Of a stretch of DNA of 32,000 bases, positions 1-9,061 are shown piece by piece (the stretch's first letter is position 1; the number at the start of each line of letters is the position of its first letter). The DNA is from Methylophaga frappieri (lineage in GTDB: Bacteria > Pseudomonadota > Gammaproteobacteria > Nitrosococcales > Methylophagaceae). The notes under the pieces were generated by a model that was given only the letters and a program-made list of their open reading frames with translations, was not told the origin of the DNA and did not search any database. A program made the position numbers and the translations under genes. The DNA lies in the NCBI RefSeq assembly GCF_000260965.1, contig NC_017856.1, forward strand, positions 150,001 to 182,000, given 5' to 3'.

Positions 1-263
1 GGCACCTGATTGCCTAACGCCGCTAAATTAATTTTATCTGCGTGACTTAACTTCTTCAGTTTTTCAGCGACCAGAGCACTTTCATGCCAGAACTGTTGTT
101 GATCTTTCATGTTTAACTCAAACACCTCCGACACCGCATCTCGACGTGGCACCATTATCAGCCAGGTGAATCGTGCATCCTTCATCAGCAAAACCTGACA
201 TAGCGGCAAATCACCGACCGGAAAAGTATCGTTTTTCAACTGTGGATGTAGCTTAAATGCCAT
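1..263 (-). CDS. HIT-family (histidine triad) protein, N-terminal part; gene runs off the left edge
   Basis: Hand translation of the minus strand from ATG 263..261 gives MAFKLHPQLKNDTFPVGDLPLCQVLLMKDARFTWLIMVPRRDAVSEVFELNMKDQQQFWHESALVAEKLKKLSHADKINLAALGNQVP, open to position 1. The ...LIMVPRR... and ...NLAALGNQVP segments resemble the region preceding the HxHxH triad of HIT proteins, but the triad itself lies outside the window. The ATG sits 2 nt after the pepN stop. Confidence 0.5.
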   Translation of the reverse strand, partial: MAFKLHPQLKNDTFPVGDLPLCQVLLMKDARFTWLIMVPRRDAVSEVFELNMKDQQQFWHESALVAEKLKKLSHADKINLAALGNQV

Positions 264-265
264 GT

Positions 266-2914
266 TCAATCCGCCAAGTATTTACTAACAATTTCGTAGA
301 CATCTGGAGATAAATCAGATTTATCGGCAATCATTTGCAATGCCGCCTGCATCTGTTTCTGTCGATCCGCGTTATAGCGACGCCATGAATTAAACGCACC
401 CAGTTGCCGCGCTGCCACCTGCGGATTGAGTTTATCCAAGGCGATAATCTGCTCAGCCAGAAACTGATAACCGCTGCCATCACGAGCATGAAATTGTGAG
501 GGATTATTCCGGCAGAATTGACCAATCAAAGCACGCACATTATTCGGATTTTTCAGACTAAACGCCGGATGTTGCATCAACGATTTGATATTGGTCAGCG
601 TGCCTGGCAAAGTCGATAATGCCTGCACCGTCAGCCACTTATCGACCACCTGACGATCGTGCTGCCATTGTTGGTAAAACGATTCCAGTGCTTGTTGTCT
701 TTGTGGTCCATCGACATCAACGATCAGTCGCAATCCGGCCAGCAAATCCGTCATATTGTTTGCCTGCGCCATCTGTGCCAGACAACGCTCAACCTGCACT
801 GGTTCAGTTAAGGTCATCAGATAAGACAGGCAGGTATTTTTGAGACTACGCTGTGCTAAATCAGCCGCATTAAATTCGTAGGGTTTTATCTGATGTAATT
901 GCTGATAGAGGTTTTCAAACCGGATTTTCAGCGTGACGGCCAAGCTCCGCTTCACAAAAGAACGAACAGCATGAATCGCATCAACATCCGCAACCGCCAT
1001 TTGCGCAGCCAGATAATTTTCTGATGGCAGCGTCAACATGCGTGCTGTCAACGCTGGTTCGACCGACGCATTGTCCAAAATAGCGGCTAATTGATCGGTC
1101 AATAATTCCGGCACAACCAACGTGCTACCTGACTGATATTCAGCTATCAAGGCTAACAAGATATTAATGAACAGTGTTTGCCCGGCATCCCAACGATTAA
1201 AACTGTCGCTGTCATTGGCCATCATAAAGGCCAGCTCTGCGTTATCACGCTGTTGGGTAAGTTTAACTGGGGCAGAAAAACCGCGTAAAACTGACAGTTT
1301 TGGTCGTTCAGGCAAGTTGATAAAGGTAAAATTTTGCTGGTTTTCTGTTAGTAAAAGAACACGCGTATCGCCATCTATTGGCTGAGTTTCATCCGTTAAT
1401 TGCAGTGGCAAACTCTGTCCCTGCTCACCAATCAGTCCAACCGCCACCGGAATCAAAAATGGCTGTTTTTCAGGTTGCCCCGGTGTCGCCGGGCAAGATT
1501 GCTGCAGGGTGACAGTTAATGTCTTTTCAGCTTGGTTATAGTTGCATTCCACCGTCAATTCCGGCGTTCCCGCTTGTGTATACCAACGCTGAAACTGTGC
1601 CAAATCAAGATCATTTGCTTCTTCGATCGCGCTGACAAAATCATCTGTGGTGACGGCCTGCCCGTCATGGCGGGCAAAGTACAAATCGGTACCGCGTCGA
1701 AAACCTGCATCGCCAGCCAGTGTTTTCAACATTCTGACCACCTCGGCGCCTTTTTCATAAATGGTCACCGTGTAAAAATTGCTGATTTCCATGTAGCTGT
1801 CAGGACGCACAGGATGCGCCATCGGCCCGGCGTCCTCAGCAAACTGCATCCGCCGCAACATATCAACATCATCAATGCGTTGCACTGCAGCCGAATTCAG
1901 ATCCGCACTGAAAGATTGATCGCGCATCACGGTAAAGCCCTCTTTCAGGCTTAATTGAAACCAGTCACGGCAGGTCACCCGATTGCCTGACCAGTTATGA
2001 AAATATTCATGACCGACAATACTTTGGATGGTATAGAAGTCATCATCGGTCGCAGTTTCAGGACTCGCCAGAACACAAGCGGCGTTAAAAATATTGAGAC
2101 CCTTGTTTTCCATGGCGCCCATATTGAAATCATTCACCGCAACGATCATGAAAATATCGAGATCATACTCGCGGCCAAATGCCTGTTCATCCCACTGCAT
2201 GGCTTGCTTCAGGGAGAGCAGCGCATGATCGCACTTTGCCTTATTTTCCGGATCGACAAAGATTTGCAAGGTGACTTGCCGGCCGCTCATCGTGGTAAAG
2301 CTATCCTGTTGGCAATACAAGTCACCGGCAACTAAGGCAAACAGATAAGCAGGTTTGGGGTGCGGGTCGTGCCAACAAACCCAATGCCGACCATCTTCAA
2401 ACTCACCACTTGCCACTTGATTGCCATTAGAGAGCATGATCGGCCATTGCGCTTTATCCGCCGTCAAGGTCACCGTAAACACGGCCAGCACATCAGGTCG
2501 ATCCGGATAATAGGTAATTCGACGAAAGCCCTCTGCTTCACATTGGGTACATAAAATCTGTCCGGAGTGATATAAACCTTCCAGTGCGGTGTTTTGATCC
2601 GGTTGAATTTCGGTGACGATTTCCAGCGTAAATTCATCAGGTAAGCTGTCAATGACCAGACGGCTATCAGTACAGTCATATTCAGCTTCGCTGAGACGCT
2701 GACCATTTAAGGTCACCGAGTGCAGTTGTAATTGTTCACCATCGAGTTTCAACGCACCACCCTGCCCCGCTGGATTTCGCATCATTTCCAATTTACTGCT
2801 GACCAGCGTTTGTGCCGGATCCAGATCAAAGTGCAGATCGACTGTTTTAACCAGATAGGCCGGTACCTGATAGTCCGCAAGGTAAATCGTTTGGGGGGCC
2901 AGTGGTGCATTCAT
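266..2914 (-). CDS. pepN: Aminopeptidase N (M1 family zinc metallopeptidase)
   Basis: 882-aa ORF with an ATG start. It has the GAMEN exopeptidase motif (FNMGAMENKG) and the HEXXH-18-E zinc site (VGHEYFHNWSGNRVTCRDWFQLSLKEG). Length and N-terminus (YLADYQVPAY) are typical of PepN. Confidence 0.95.
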   Translation of the reverse strand: MNAPLAPQTIYLADYQVPAYLVKTVDLHFDLDPAQTLVSSKLEMMRNPAGQGGALKLDGEQLQLHSVTLNGQRLSEAEYDCTDSRLVIDSLPDEFTLEIVTEIQPDQNTALEGLYHSGQILCTQCEAEGFRRITYYPDRPDVLAVFTVTLTADKAQWPIMLSNGNQVASGEFEDGRHWVCWHDPHPKPAYLFALVAGDLYCQQDSFTTMSGRQVTLQIFVDPENKAKCDHALLSLKQAMQWDEQAFGREYDLDIFMIVAVNDFNMGAMENKGLNIFNAACVLASPETATDDDFYTIQSIVGHEYFHNWSGNRVTCRDWFQLSLKEGFTVMRDQSFSADLNSAAVQRIDDVDMLRRMQFAEDAGPMAHPVRPDSYMEISNFYTVTIYEKGAEVVRMLKTLAGDAGFRRGTDLYFARHDGQAVTTDDFVSAIEEANDLDLAQFQRWYTQAGTPELTVECNYNQAEKTLTVTLQQSCPATPGQPEKQPFLIPVAVGLIGEQGQSLPLQLTDETQPIDGDTRVLLLTENQQNFTFINLPERPKLSVLRGFSAPVKLTQQRDNAELAFMMANDSDSFNRWDAGQTLFINILLALIAEYQSGSTLVVPELLTDQLAAILDNASVEPALTARMLTLPSENYLAAQMAVADVDAIHAVRSFVKRSLAVTLKIRFENLYQQLHQIKPYEFNAADLAQRSLKNTCLSYLMTLTEPVQVERCLAQMAQANNMTDLLAGLRLIVDVDGPQRQQALESFYQQWQHDRQVVDKWLTVQALSTLPGTLTNIKSLMQHPAFSLKNPNNVRALIGQFCRNNPSQFHARDGSGYQFLAEQIIALDKLNPQVAARQLGAFNSWRRYNADRQKQMQAALQMIADKSDLSPDVYEIVSKYLAD

Positions 2915-3237
2915 CAGGTCAAATCCTCAAGTGTTTTAATTGGCCAGCATTCATAAGCCGGTGTTTCATAGGGGTGTGCCAGCAATAACGCCGTAATAAC
3001 GGGCTTGAGTTGCGCGTCCGGGCAAATTACTTCGACCCGATATTCACTGACACGTTCAATTTCATCTACCTGCCCGATAAAAGGTTGGCTGCCAGCCATC
3101 GGTTGAAACTGGCCGGTACCCAAGCTTTCCCAACTGCAATACTGATAGCCATCAAACCGACCTGCACCGGCATCAAATACCGCTTGTTTCACTCTTTCTT
3201 TATGCGATTCCGGAACAAAAAAAACCAGTTTATGCAT
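2914..3237 (-). CDS. Small YqfO/NIF3-like (PII-fold insert domain) protein
   Basis: I chose ATG 3237 (MHKLVFFVPESHKERVKQAVFDAGAG...) because AGGAG lies 6 nt upstream, and the longer ORF start would overlap the WD40 gene. The sequence resembles the stand-alone ~100-aa proteins annotated as NIF3/YqfO-family. The stop overlaps the pepN ATG (TGATG). Confidence 0.55.
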   Translation of the reverse strand: MHKLVFFVPESHKERVKQAVFDAGAGRFDGYQYCSWESLGTGQFQPMAGSQPFIGQVDEIERVSEYRVEVICPDAQLKPVITALLLAHPYETPAYECWPIKTLEDLT

Positions 3238-3239
3238 GC

Positions 3240-4280
3240 TTACTCCTGCCATCGCCATTGTTGCGTAATGCCATCACTGCCCACGGCAATCAACTGATCG
3301 CCCTGCTCTGAAAAAGCCACTGCCTGAACGATAATGCCCGGCTGCAAGGCGTTTTGCCGGCGTAATTTCCAGCAAGAAACTTTGGTTCCTGCGGGGATAT
3401 GCCAGACACAGACTTTTTCATTCGAATGCCCCGTTACCAGCAACTGACCATCTGTTGAAATATTGACTGCGGTCGTGGTGTAATCAAACACCGGAAACGC
3501 AGGCAACGACCACTGTGCTGGCCAGGCTGATAAACGTAATTCCGTCAGCGATTCGCCTGTGGTCAGGTGCCGTAAAACCACCTGTTCACTCTCGCCCCCG
3601 GTCACAACAAAACGCGACTGCGGATCAAAATAAACCAGATTGACCCGGTTTTCATGTCGCCAGCTAAATTGTTGTTGACCTGTCTGCAAATCCCACAAGC
3701 GTGCAGTAAAATCGTCACCACCGGTCAATGCCAGTTTTCCATCAGGTGATATTGCCACCGCACTGATTGGCAAATCGACCGTTGAATTGACGGCTTTTCC
3801 ATCATGAATAAAGCGATGACGGACTTGATTTTCGGCAATATCAAAATAAATTGCACGACGGTCAGCCAGTGCTAGTAAGAGATGACTGCCATCTGGCGCT
3901 ATTGCCGCCGCGGTGACCCGTATCGGGAAAGTCAATCGATGCAGAGGTTGACCGGAGACCATATCCCAGACCAATACCGTTTCACGTTCAACGGTCACGG
4001 CTCGCGCAGCATCGGCCGCAATGGCAACCACTTGCGTGCCATCGGCATCTGCCGCCGCATTTTGCCATTCGAATTTAAGACTGTTGTTTTGTCGATCCCA
4101 CAATCGGGCCCCAGCTCGCGTATCAGCGGTTAACAAATAACGATTATCCGCTGAAAAAACAGCGTGATAACTATCCGAACTGTGTCGCCATTGCAGTAAA
4201 TCCTGCTGTGACGCATCACAGCCAGCCAGTACCGTGACCATCAAGATCACAAAACCAATCCGGTACTGCATTAGCGCCAT
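3240..4280 (-). CDS. WD40/beta-propeller repeat lipoprotein
   Basis: The ORF-track start at 4286 is GTG. ATG 4280 has GGAG 5 nt upstream and gives MALMQYRIGFVILMVTVLAGC, a lipoprotein signal with lipobox LAGC. WD-type repeat ends recur (ARLWDRQ, VLVWDMVSGQ, ARLWDLQTGQ, VCVWHIPAG, TQQWRW). Confidence 0.75.
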   Translation of the reverse strand: MALMQYRIGFVILMVTVLAGCDASQQDLLQWRHSSDSYHAVFSADNRYLLTADTRAGARLWDRQNNSLKFEWQNAAADADGTQVVAIAADAARAVTVERETVLVWDMVSGQPLHRLTFPIRVTAAAIAPDGSHLLLALADRRAIYFDIAENQVRHRFIHDGKAVNSTVDLPISAVAISPDGKLALTGGDDFTARLWDLQTGQQQFSWRHENRVNLVYFDPQSRFVVTGGESEQVVLRHLTTGESLTELRLSAWPAQWSLPAFPVFDYTTTAVNISTDGQLLVTGHSNEKVCVWHIPAGTKVSCWKLRRQNALQPGIIVQAVAFSEQGDQLIAVGSDGITQQWRWQE

Positions 4281-4289
4281 CCTCACTCC

Positions 4290-4853
4290 TCAGGATTTTG
4301 GCAGGGTCACACCTTGTTGGCCCTGATATTTGCCACCACGGTCAGCGTACGAGGTTTCACAGACTTCATCTGACTCAAAAAACAGCATCTGCGCAACCCC
4401 TTCATTGGCATAAATTTTGGCAGGTAAAGGCGTGGTGTTTGAGAACTCCAATGTCACCTGACCTTCCCATTCCGGTTCCAGTGGCGTCACATTGACGATG
4501 ATGCCACAGCGCGCATAAGTTGATTTGCCTAGACAAACGGTCAGGACATTTCGCGGAATTTTAAATGATTCTACTGTTCTCGCCAGCGCAAACGAATTGG
4601 GCGGGATAATGCACACGTCTGATTTCACATCGACGAAACTATTGGCATCAAAATTTTTCGGGTCAACGATTGCCGAGTTGATGTTGGTGAAAATTTTAAA
4701 CTCATTGGAGCAACGGACATCATAGCCGTAGCTGGAGGTGCCATAAGAAATTATTCGACTGCCACCAACCTCTCTTACCTGACCTTGTTCAAACGGGCTG
4801 ATCATGCCCTGCGCCGCCATGCGGCGAATCCATTTATCTGATTTGATACTCAT
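4290..4853 (-). CDS. dcd: dCTP deaminase
   Basis: The 187-aa translation ([13 protein letters not shown]...SSYGYDVRC...[48 protein letters not shown]...[13 protein letters not shown]) is nearly colinear with the Pseudomonas-type Dcd as I recall it. ATG start. Confidence 0.93.
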   Translation of the reverse strand: MSIKSDKWIRRMAAQGMISPFEQGQVREVGGSRIISYGTSSYGYDVRCSNEFKIFTNINSAIVDPKNFDANSFVDVKSDVCIIPPNSFALARTVESFKIPRNVLTVCLGKSTYARCGIIVNVTPLEPEWEGQVTLEFSNTTPLPAKIYANEGVAQMLFFESDEVCETSYADRGGKYQGQQGVTLPKS

Positions 4854-4898
4854 TCAATTGTTACCCAATCCGCTAGGAAAAAATGACCATCATAGCCA

Positions 4899-5975
4899 TC
4901 AATCGTTTTTAACGACAATATTTGGAAACGCTGACGCATAATCTTTACTCTGACAGGCAAGTTGCGCCCCGATACGGCGAGCGATTTGTCGATAAGCCAA
5001 GGCAATCTCGCCTGCCGGCTCTTTTTTAACTGTCGGCTCGCCACCGTCCGCATGTTCACGGATACGAATATCCAGCGGCAAATTGCCCAGCAGGTTAATG
5101 TGATACTGATCTGCCATCGATTGACCGCCACCCTGACCAAAAATCGGTTCCTCATGGCCACACTGACTGCAAATGTGCGTGCTCATATTTTCTATCACAC
5201 CCAGAACCGGTACTTTCACTTTTTCAAACATGCGAAGTGCCTTGCGCGCATCCAACAGCGAAATATCCTGCGGCGTCGTGACAATAACGGCGCCACTGAC
5301 CGGGACTTTTTGCGATAAAGTCAGTTGAATATCACCCGTTCCTGGCGGTAAATCAATCACCAGATAGTCGAGAGATTTCCAATTAGTATCACCCAGCAAT
5401 TGTTGCAGCGCCTGAGTGACCATTGGCCCGCGCCAGACCATCGGCTCTTCTTCGTCAATCAGGTAACCAATAGACATACTTTGTATGCCATGACGCTCAA
5501 CCGGCTCAATGGTTTTGCCATCGGTGGATTCCGGGCGCTGACTGGAGCCCAGCATACGGGGCTGACTCGGTCCATAAATATCGGCATCGAGCAACCCCAC
5601 GCTGGCCCCTTCCGCCGCCAGGGCTAAGGCCAAATTTACTGACGTTGTGGACTTCCCAACACCACCTTTGCCCGAGGCAACCGCAATAATATTTTTGACA
5701 TTTTCCAGCGCCGCGACACCTTGTTGAACTTTGTGTTTGGTAATAGCCACATTGATGTCAATTGCCGCGCTGACGCCTTGTTCACTGAGACGACTCGCGA
5801 TGGTTTGCGCTAGCTGTGCTTGATAGCCTTGACAGGGATACCCCAGCGTAACGCCGACCGTTAAAGGCGATTCCGACAGCACACGTACTTTGGCACGCGT
5901 TTCGTTTAATGTCAGACCCGTTTCCGGATCGGTGACATCAAGGATCAGTTTTTCAATTGATGCCGCATCGGTCAT
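4899..5975 (-). CDS. apbC: Fe-S cluster carrier ATPase ApbC/Mrp
   Basis: Deviant Walker A SGKGGVGKST, ParA/MinD-like fold and a CSQCGH (CxxC) cluster-binding motif. Start set at ATG 5975 (MTDAASIEKL...) rather than the upstream extension of the ORF track. Confidence 0.9.
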   Translation of the reverse strand: MTDAASIEKLILDVTDPETGLTLNETRAKVRVLSESPLTVGVTLGYPCQGYQAQLAQTIASRLSEQGVSAAIDINVAITKHKVQQGVAALENVKNIIAVASGKGGVGKSTTSVNLALALAAEGASVGLLDADIYGPSQPRMLGSSQRPESTDGKTIEPVERHGIQSMSIGYLIDEEEPMVWRGPMVTQALQQLLGDTNWKSLDYLVIDLPPGTGDIQLTLSQKVPVSGAVIVTTPQDISLLDARKALRMFEKVKVPVLGVIENMSTHICSQCGHEEPIFGQGGGQSMADQYHINLLGNLPLDIRIREHADGGEPTVKKEPAGEIALAYRQIARRIGAQLACQSKDYASAFPNIVVKND

Positions 5976-6060
5976 GCAGTACTCCAAGTTTGTCTGCGAG
6001 AGTGTCCATTTTACGCAGAACGTCAAGCGGCTTCATCCATGAATCGGCAAGATTTTGTCG

Positions 6061-6093
6061 ACGATAATAAAAACGCCGCGGGAAGCGGCGTTT
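6061..6093 (-). terminator. Rho-independent terminator after the C-N hydrolase gene
   Basis: Stem CGCCGC (6074-6079) / GCGGCG (6085-6090), extended by A/T pairs. On the minus strand it is followed by TTTTTATTAT. It begins 3 nt after the stop at 6097. Confidence 0.75.
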
Positions 6094-6096
6094 CAA

Positions 6097-6978
6097 TCAG
6101 TTAGTTTGCGGTGTCTTCAGCGAATGCTGTTTTGGCCAGTCACGATAATTAAAAACCTGTCCTTGTTGTCTAACACGGGCGATTTCCGCTAAATCCAAAT
6201 CCGCGTACACCCAGCCCGGTTTATCGCCAACGCCTTCAACCAAAATACCATTATCCGGAAAACCGTAGTCAACCGGTGTATAGATACTGGCACGGCCGGT
6301 ATTGACATCCACAGCTTCTGACCAGGCTGCTTTGCCAAAAGTAGGTGATTGCACGACATAGCATTGATTTTCCAACGCCCGCGCCTGACAACCAATACGA
6401 ACACGATGAAATCCAGCTTCAGTATCGGTACAACTCGGTGCCAGAATCAGATCAGCACCGGCTTTAACTTGTTGATACGTGATCAATGGAAACTCACTGT
6501 CATAGCAAACATTGATACCCAGTTTGCCAATATCGGTATCGATAACTTTAATATCGGTACCGGGATTGATCAGCCATTGTTCATTTTCAAACCGGGTCAT
6601 GATCAATTTGTCCTGAAAATCGATCAATCCATCAACGCCAAACAGGTGGGCACGGTTGCGAAAACTGTCGTCAGGTTGCTGTACCGGAAACGTACTGGCC
6701 AGAATCATCACATCGTATTGACTGGCCAGTTCAACATGCAGCGCCTGCCAGTCTGCATAACAGGACTGCATGGCATGCAATTGTTTACCGAGATCGCGAT
6801 ACACGGTTTCGCCATACAGTGATGCCAGTTCCATGCTGCCATACTCAGGAAACACCAGCAGGTTTGCCTTGAATTCAGCGGCCTCTTTCACCCATTGATG
6901 TAATTTGTCGGCGAAATCTGTCCAATGTTGAAAAAAACCAATATCGTACTGCGCCGCAGCGACTTTAATTTTGCTCAT
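6097..6978 (-). CDS. Carbon-nitrogen hydrolase (nitrilase superfamily) protein, substrate unknown
   Basis: 293 aa. The E-K-C triad context is recognisable (LLVFPEYG, ...KLIMTRFE..., GINVCYDSEFP). ATG preceded by AGGAG. Confidence 0.8.
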   Translation of the reverse strand: MSKIKVAAAQYDIGFFQHWTDFADKLHQWVKEAAEFKANLLVFPEYGSMELASLYGETVYRDLGKQLHAMQSCYADWQALHVELASQYDVMILASTFPVQQPDDSFRNRAHLFGVDGLIDFQDKLIMTRFENEQWLINPGTDIKVIDTDIGKLGINVCYDSEFPLITYQQVKAGADLILAPSCTDTEAGFHRVRIGCQARALENQCYVVQSPTFGKAAWSEAVDVNTGRASIYTPVDYGFPDNGILVEGVGDKPGWVYADLDLAEIARVRQQGQVFNYRDWPKQHSLKTPQTN

Positions 6979-7027
6979 GCCACTCCTGAAAATAAGCGCT
7001 GCTGTGATAGCAGGCCAATAAAATGGT

Positions 7028-7615
7028 TTACAGCGTTTTCATCCAGAAAGTCATTGGCTTGGGAGATTCTTCAGACTCACCAATTTCTTTCCAGCTAAAC
7101 GTCGTTTGTAAGGCGGACTGTTTCTCATAACCCCGTTTGCGCCAGAAATTATCCAAGGGTTTATAACCGGCTGGTTTACGTGGGTGATCATCAGGGCGTT
7201 GTACCCCACAAAAACAACTATATTGAAATCCGCCTAACTCACGGGCATGCGCCTCACGATGATCAAAAAACGCCACCCCCGCACCCTGTCCCCGATAACT
7301 CGACAATAAAACGGATTCACCACAATAGAAGATGCTGTCAATATCCAGCCCGGCCTTAATAAAGGGCGCCTTGACTTCCTCTGTCTCAAATTTCAGCGGA
7401 ATACCCGTTGACGCGCCCACGACTTTACCTGCATCCAGAGCCAAAACAATCACACTCTCAGGACAGGTAATATAAGTCTGCAAATACTTGGCTTCATAAG
7501 CAGTATCCCCATCATAAAGATAAGGAAAGTCGCGAAAAACGGTGATTCGCAAATTGGCTAATTCAGGGATATAGTCTTTTAGCGCCTCACCAGAAAGGCG
7601 TTTCAATTCCAGCAT
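7028..7615 (-). CDS. GNAT-family N-acetyltransferase
   Basis: 195 aa. Acetyl-CoA binding signature SYRGQGAGVAFF (Q/RxxGxG/A) in the expected position. Lies 49 nt upstream of the C-N hydrolase on the same strand. Confidence 0.7.
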   Translation of the reverse strand: MLELKRLSGEALKDYIPELANLRITVFRDFPYLYDGDTAYEAKYLQTYITCPESVIVLALDAGKVVGASTGIPLKFETEEVKAPFIKAGLDIDSIFYCGESVLLSSYRGQGAGVAFFDHREAHARELGGFQYSCFCGVQRPDDHPRKPAGYKPLDNFWRKRGYEKQSALQTTFSWKEIGESEESPKPMTFWMKTL

Positions 7616-7644
7616 GAGTCAACTCAAATCGGGGTTGATATCAG

Positions 7645-7680
7645 AAAAGCGTTTGCTGATGTCATGGCAACAGCAAACGC
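7645..7680 (-). terminator. Rho-independent terminator after the SnoaL-like gene
   Basis: 10-bp stem GCGTTTGCTG (7649-7658) / CAGCAAACGC (7671-7680). On the minus strand it is followed by TTTTCTGAT. It lies 9 nt after the stop at 7689. Confidence 0.65.
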
Positions 7681-7688
7681 CAAGCTAG

Positions 7689-8096
7689 TTAACCAACAAC
7701 TTGTTTGATCCAGTCTTCCAAGTTGTAGTAATTGGTAATACGAGCCACTTTGCCGTCACGAATAACAAAAAAAGCACCGGCCGGCAGGTTGTATTTTTGA
7801 CCCGCAGCTTCTGGCAGACCTTCATCTGTACTGAGATATTCACCTAATACGGTAAATTCGACCGCAGCACGATCACCCGCATCATTGGTGGTAATTGAAA
7901 TATCGACAATTTGCTCTTTGTAATGGGCATTCATGCGATCCATGAATGTACTGAATTTTTCTTTGCCGATTTCCCGACCACTTTGGTTCACATCATGAAC
8001 CACATCGTCAGTCAGCATAGCCAAAAAGGCATTCATATCCTGACGGTTAAAAGCATCATAATAATCTTGCAACAGCGTCACAGTCGCTTGGTTCAT
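7689..8096 (-). CDS. SnoaL-like / NTF2-fold (ketosteroid isomerase-related) protein
   Basis: 135 aa. The N-terminus LLQDYYDAFNRQDMNAFLAMLTDDVVHD and C-terminus FFVIRDGKVARITNYYNLEDW are typical of the SnoaL/NTF2-like family. Confidence 0.65.
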   Translation of the reverse strand: MNQATVTLLQDYYDAFNRQDMNAFLAMLTDDVVHDVNQSGREIGKEKFSTFMDRMNAHYKEQIVDISITTNDAGDRAAVEFTVLGEYLSTDEGLPEAAGQKYNLPAGAFFVIRDGKVARITNYYNLEDWIKQVVG

Positions 8097-8176
8097 ATTG
8101 GCAAATCCCGTGGAATAAAAAAACGGCGGATTTTAACGCGTAAATGCTTCAAAGAAAAGCAAAAACACGATACAAA

Positions 8177-9061
8177 TCATTCACGTTGATTGCGTGCCGT
8201 TATCCCCATCAGCTTGTAAGTCAACATCGACGCGGCAAAATCATAGGCATGAAAGCCATTAATTGGCGCAAACTCCATCACATCAAAACCAATAATTTTG
8301 CGTTGCTTTGCTACTGATTCAAACAAGTTCAGTGTTTGATACCAGCTCAGGCCACCCGGGACTGGCGTTCCCGTTGCCGGGAATACACTGGGATCCATGC
8401 CATCGACATCCAGCGTAAAAAAGACGTTTTCAGGAAAATCATCAGGCAAAGTGATGTCATTGATGTTCTGTGGCACCAGTTCGTCGGCATCTTGATAGTA
8501 AACCCCAAACGCCTGACGCACCTGCATTTCCTCTTCACAATAAGCACGGATACCTAATTGATATAGCGGAATACCCATATCCACCGCCCGTTTCATCACC
8601 GAGGCGTGGCTGAGAATATCGCCTTCGTAGGCATGGCGCAGATCACAATGGGCATCAATCTGCACAATGCCAAAATCGTCAATACCTGCCGCTTTCAAGC
8701 CTTGAATCACGCCAAACGTCACGGAATGCTCACCGCCTAATACCACTGGGATGCCGCCATTTTTGACAATCGCTGCCGTGGCATCAGCAATATTCTGCAT
8801 CACTTTTTCCGGCACCACACTACAATCCACCGGTGCACAGGTGTGAATACCCAAATCGCACGGACTGGATTGCCCATCCCATTTTTCTAACTGCCAAGAT
8901 GCCTGCAGAATCGCTGACGGGCCCAAATTGGTGCCACCACCATAAGATACCGTCTTTTCATAAGGGACAGGCAAAACATGAAACAGCGCCGCGTCTGGCG
9001 CAGCCTGATCGATTTCAGAGCCCAAAAAAATCGGAAATTGTTCATCTAACTCAGCATTCAT
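8177..9061 (-). CDS. speB: Agmatinase (ureohydrolase family)
   Basis: Arginase-fold Mn-binding motifs GGEHSVT, QIDAHCDLR and TLDVDGMDPS. The start overlaps the nspC stop (ATGA). Assigned as agmatinase rather than arginase from its context next to speA. Confidence 0.85.
   Translation of the reverse strand: MNAELDEQFPIFLGSEIDQAAPDAALFHVLPVPYEKTVSYGGGTNLGPSAILQASWQLEKWDGQSSPCDLGIHTCAPVDCSVVPEKVMQNIADATAAIVKNGGIPVVLGGEHSVTFGVIQGLKAAGIDDFGIVQIDAHCDLRHAYEGDILSHASVMKRAVDMGIPLYQLGIRAYCEEEMQVRQAFGVYYQDADELVPQNINDITLPDDFPENVFFTLDVDGMDPSVFPATGTPVPGGLSWYQTLNLFESVAKQRKIIGFDVMEFAPINGFHAYDFAASMLTYKLMGITARNQRE

Noticed and set aside
331-2956. Numerous 60-140 codon ORFs on both strands inside the pepN region (e.g. 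1532..1954 +, 1997..2335 +, 2470..2706 -).
   Set aside because: All are embedded in, or antisense to, a full-length PepN with intact catalytic motifs. Their translations are low-complexity and Arg/Ile/His-rich with no motifs. They are shadow ORFs.
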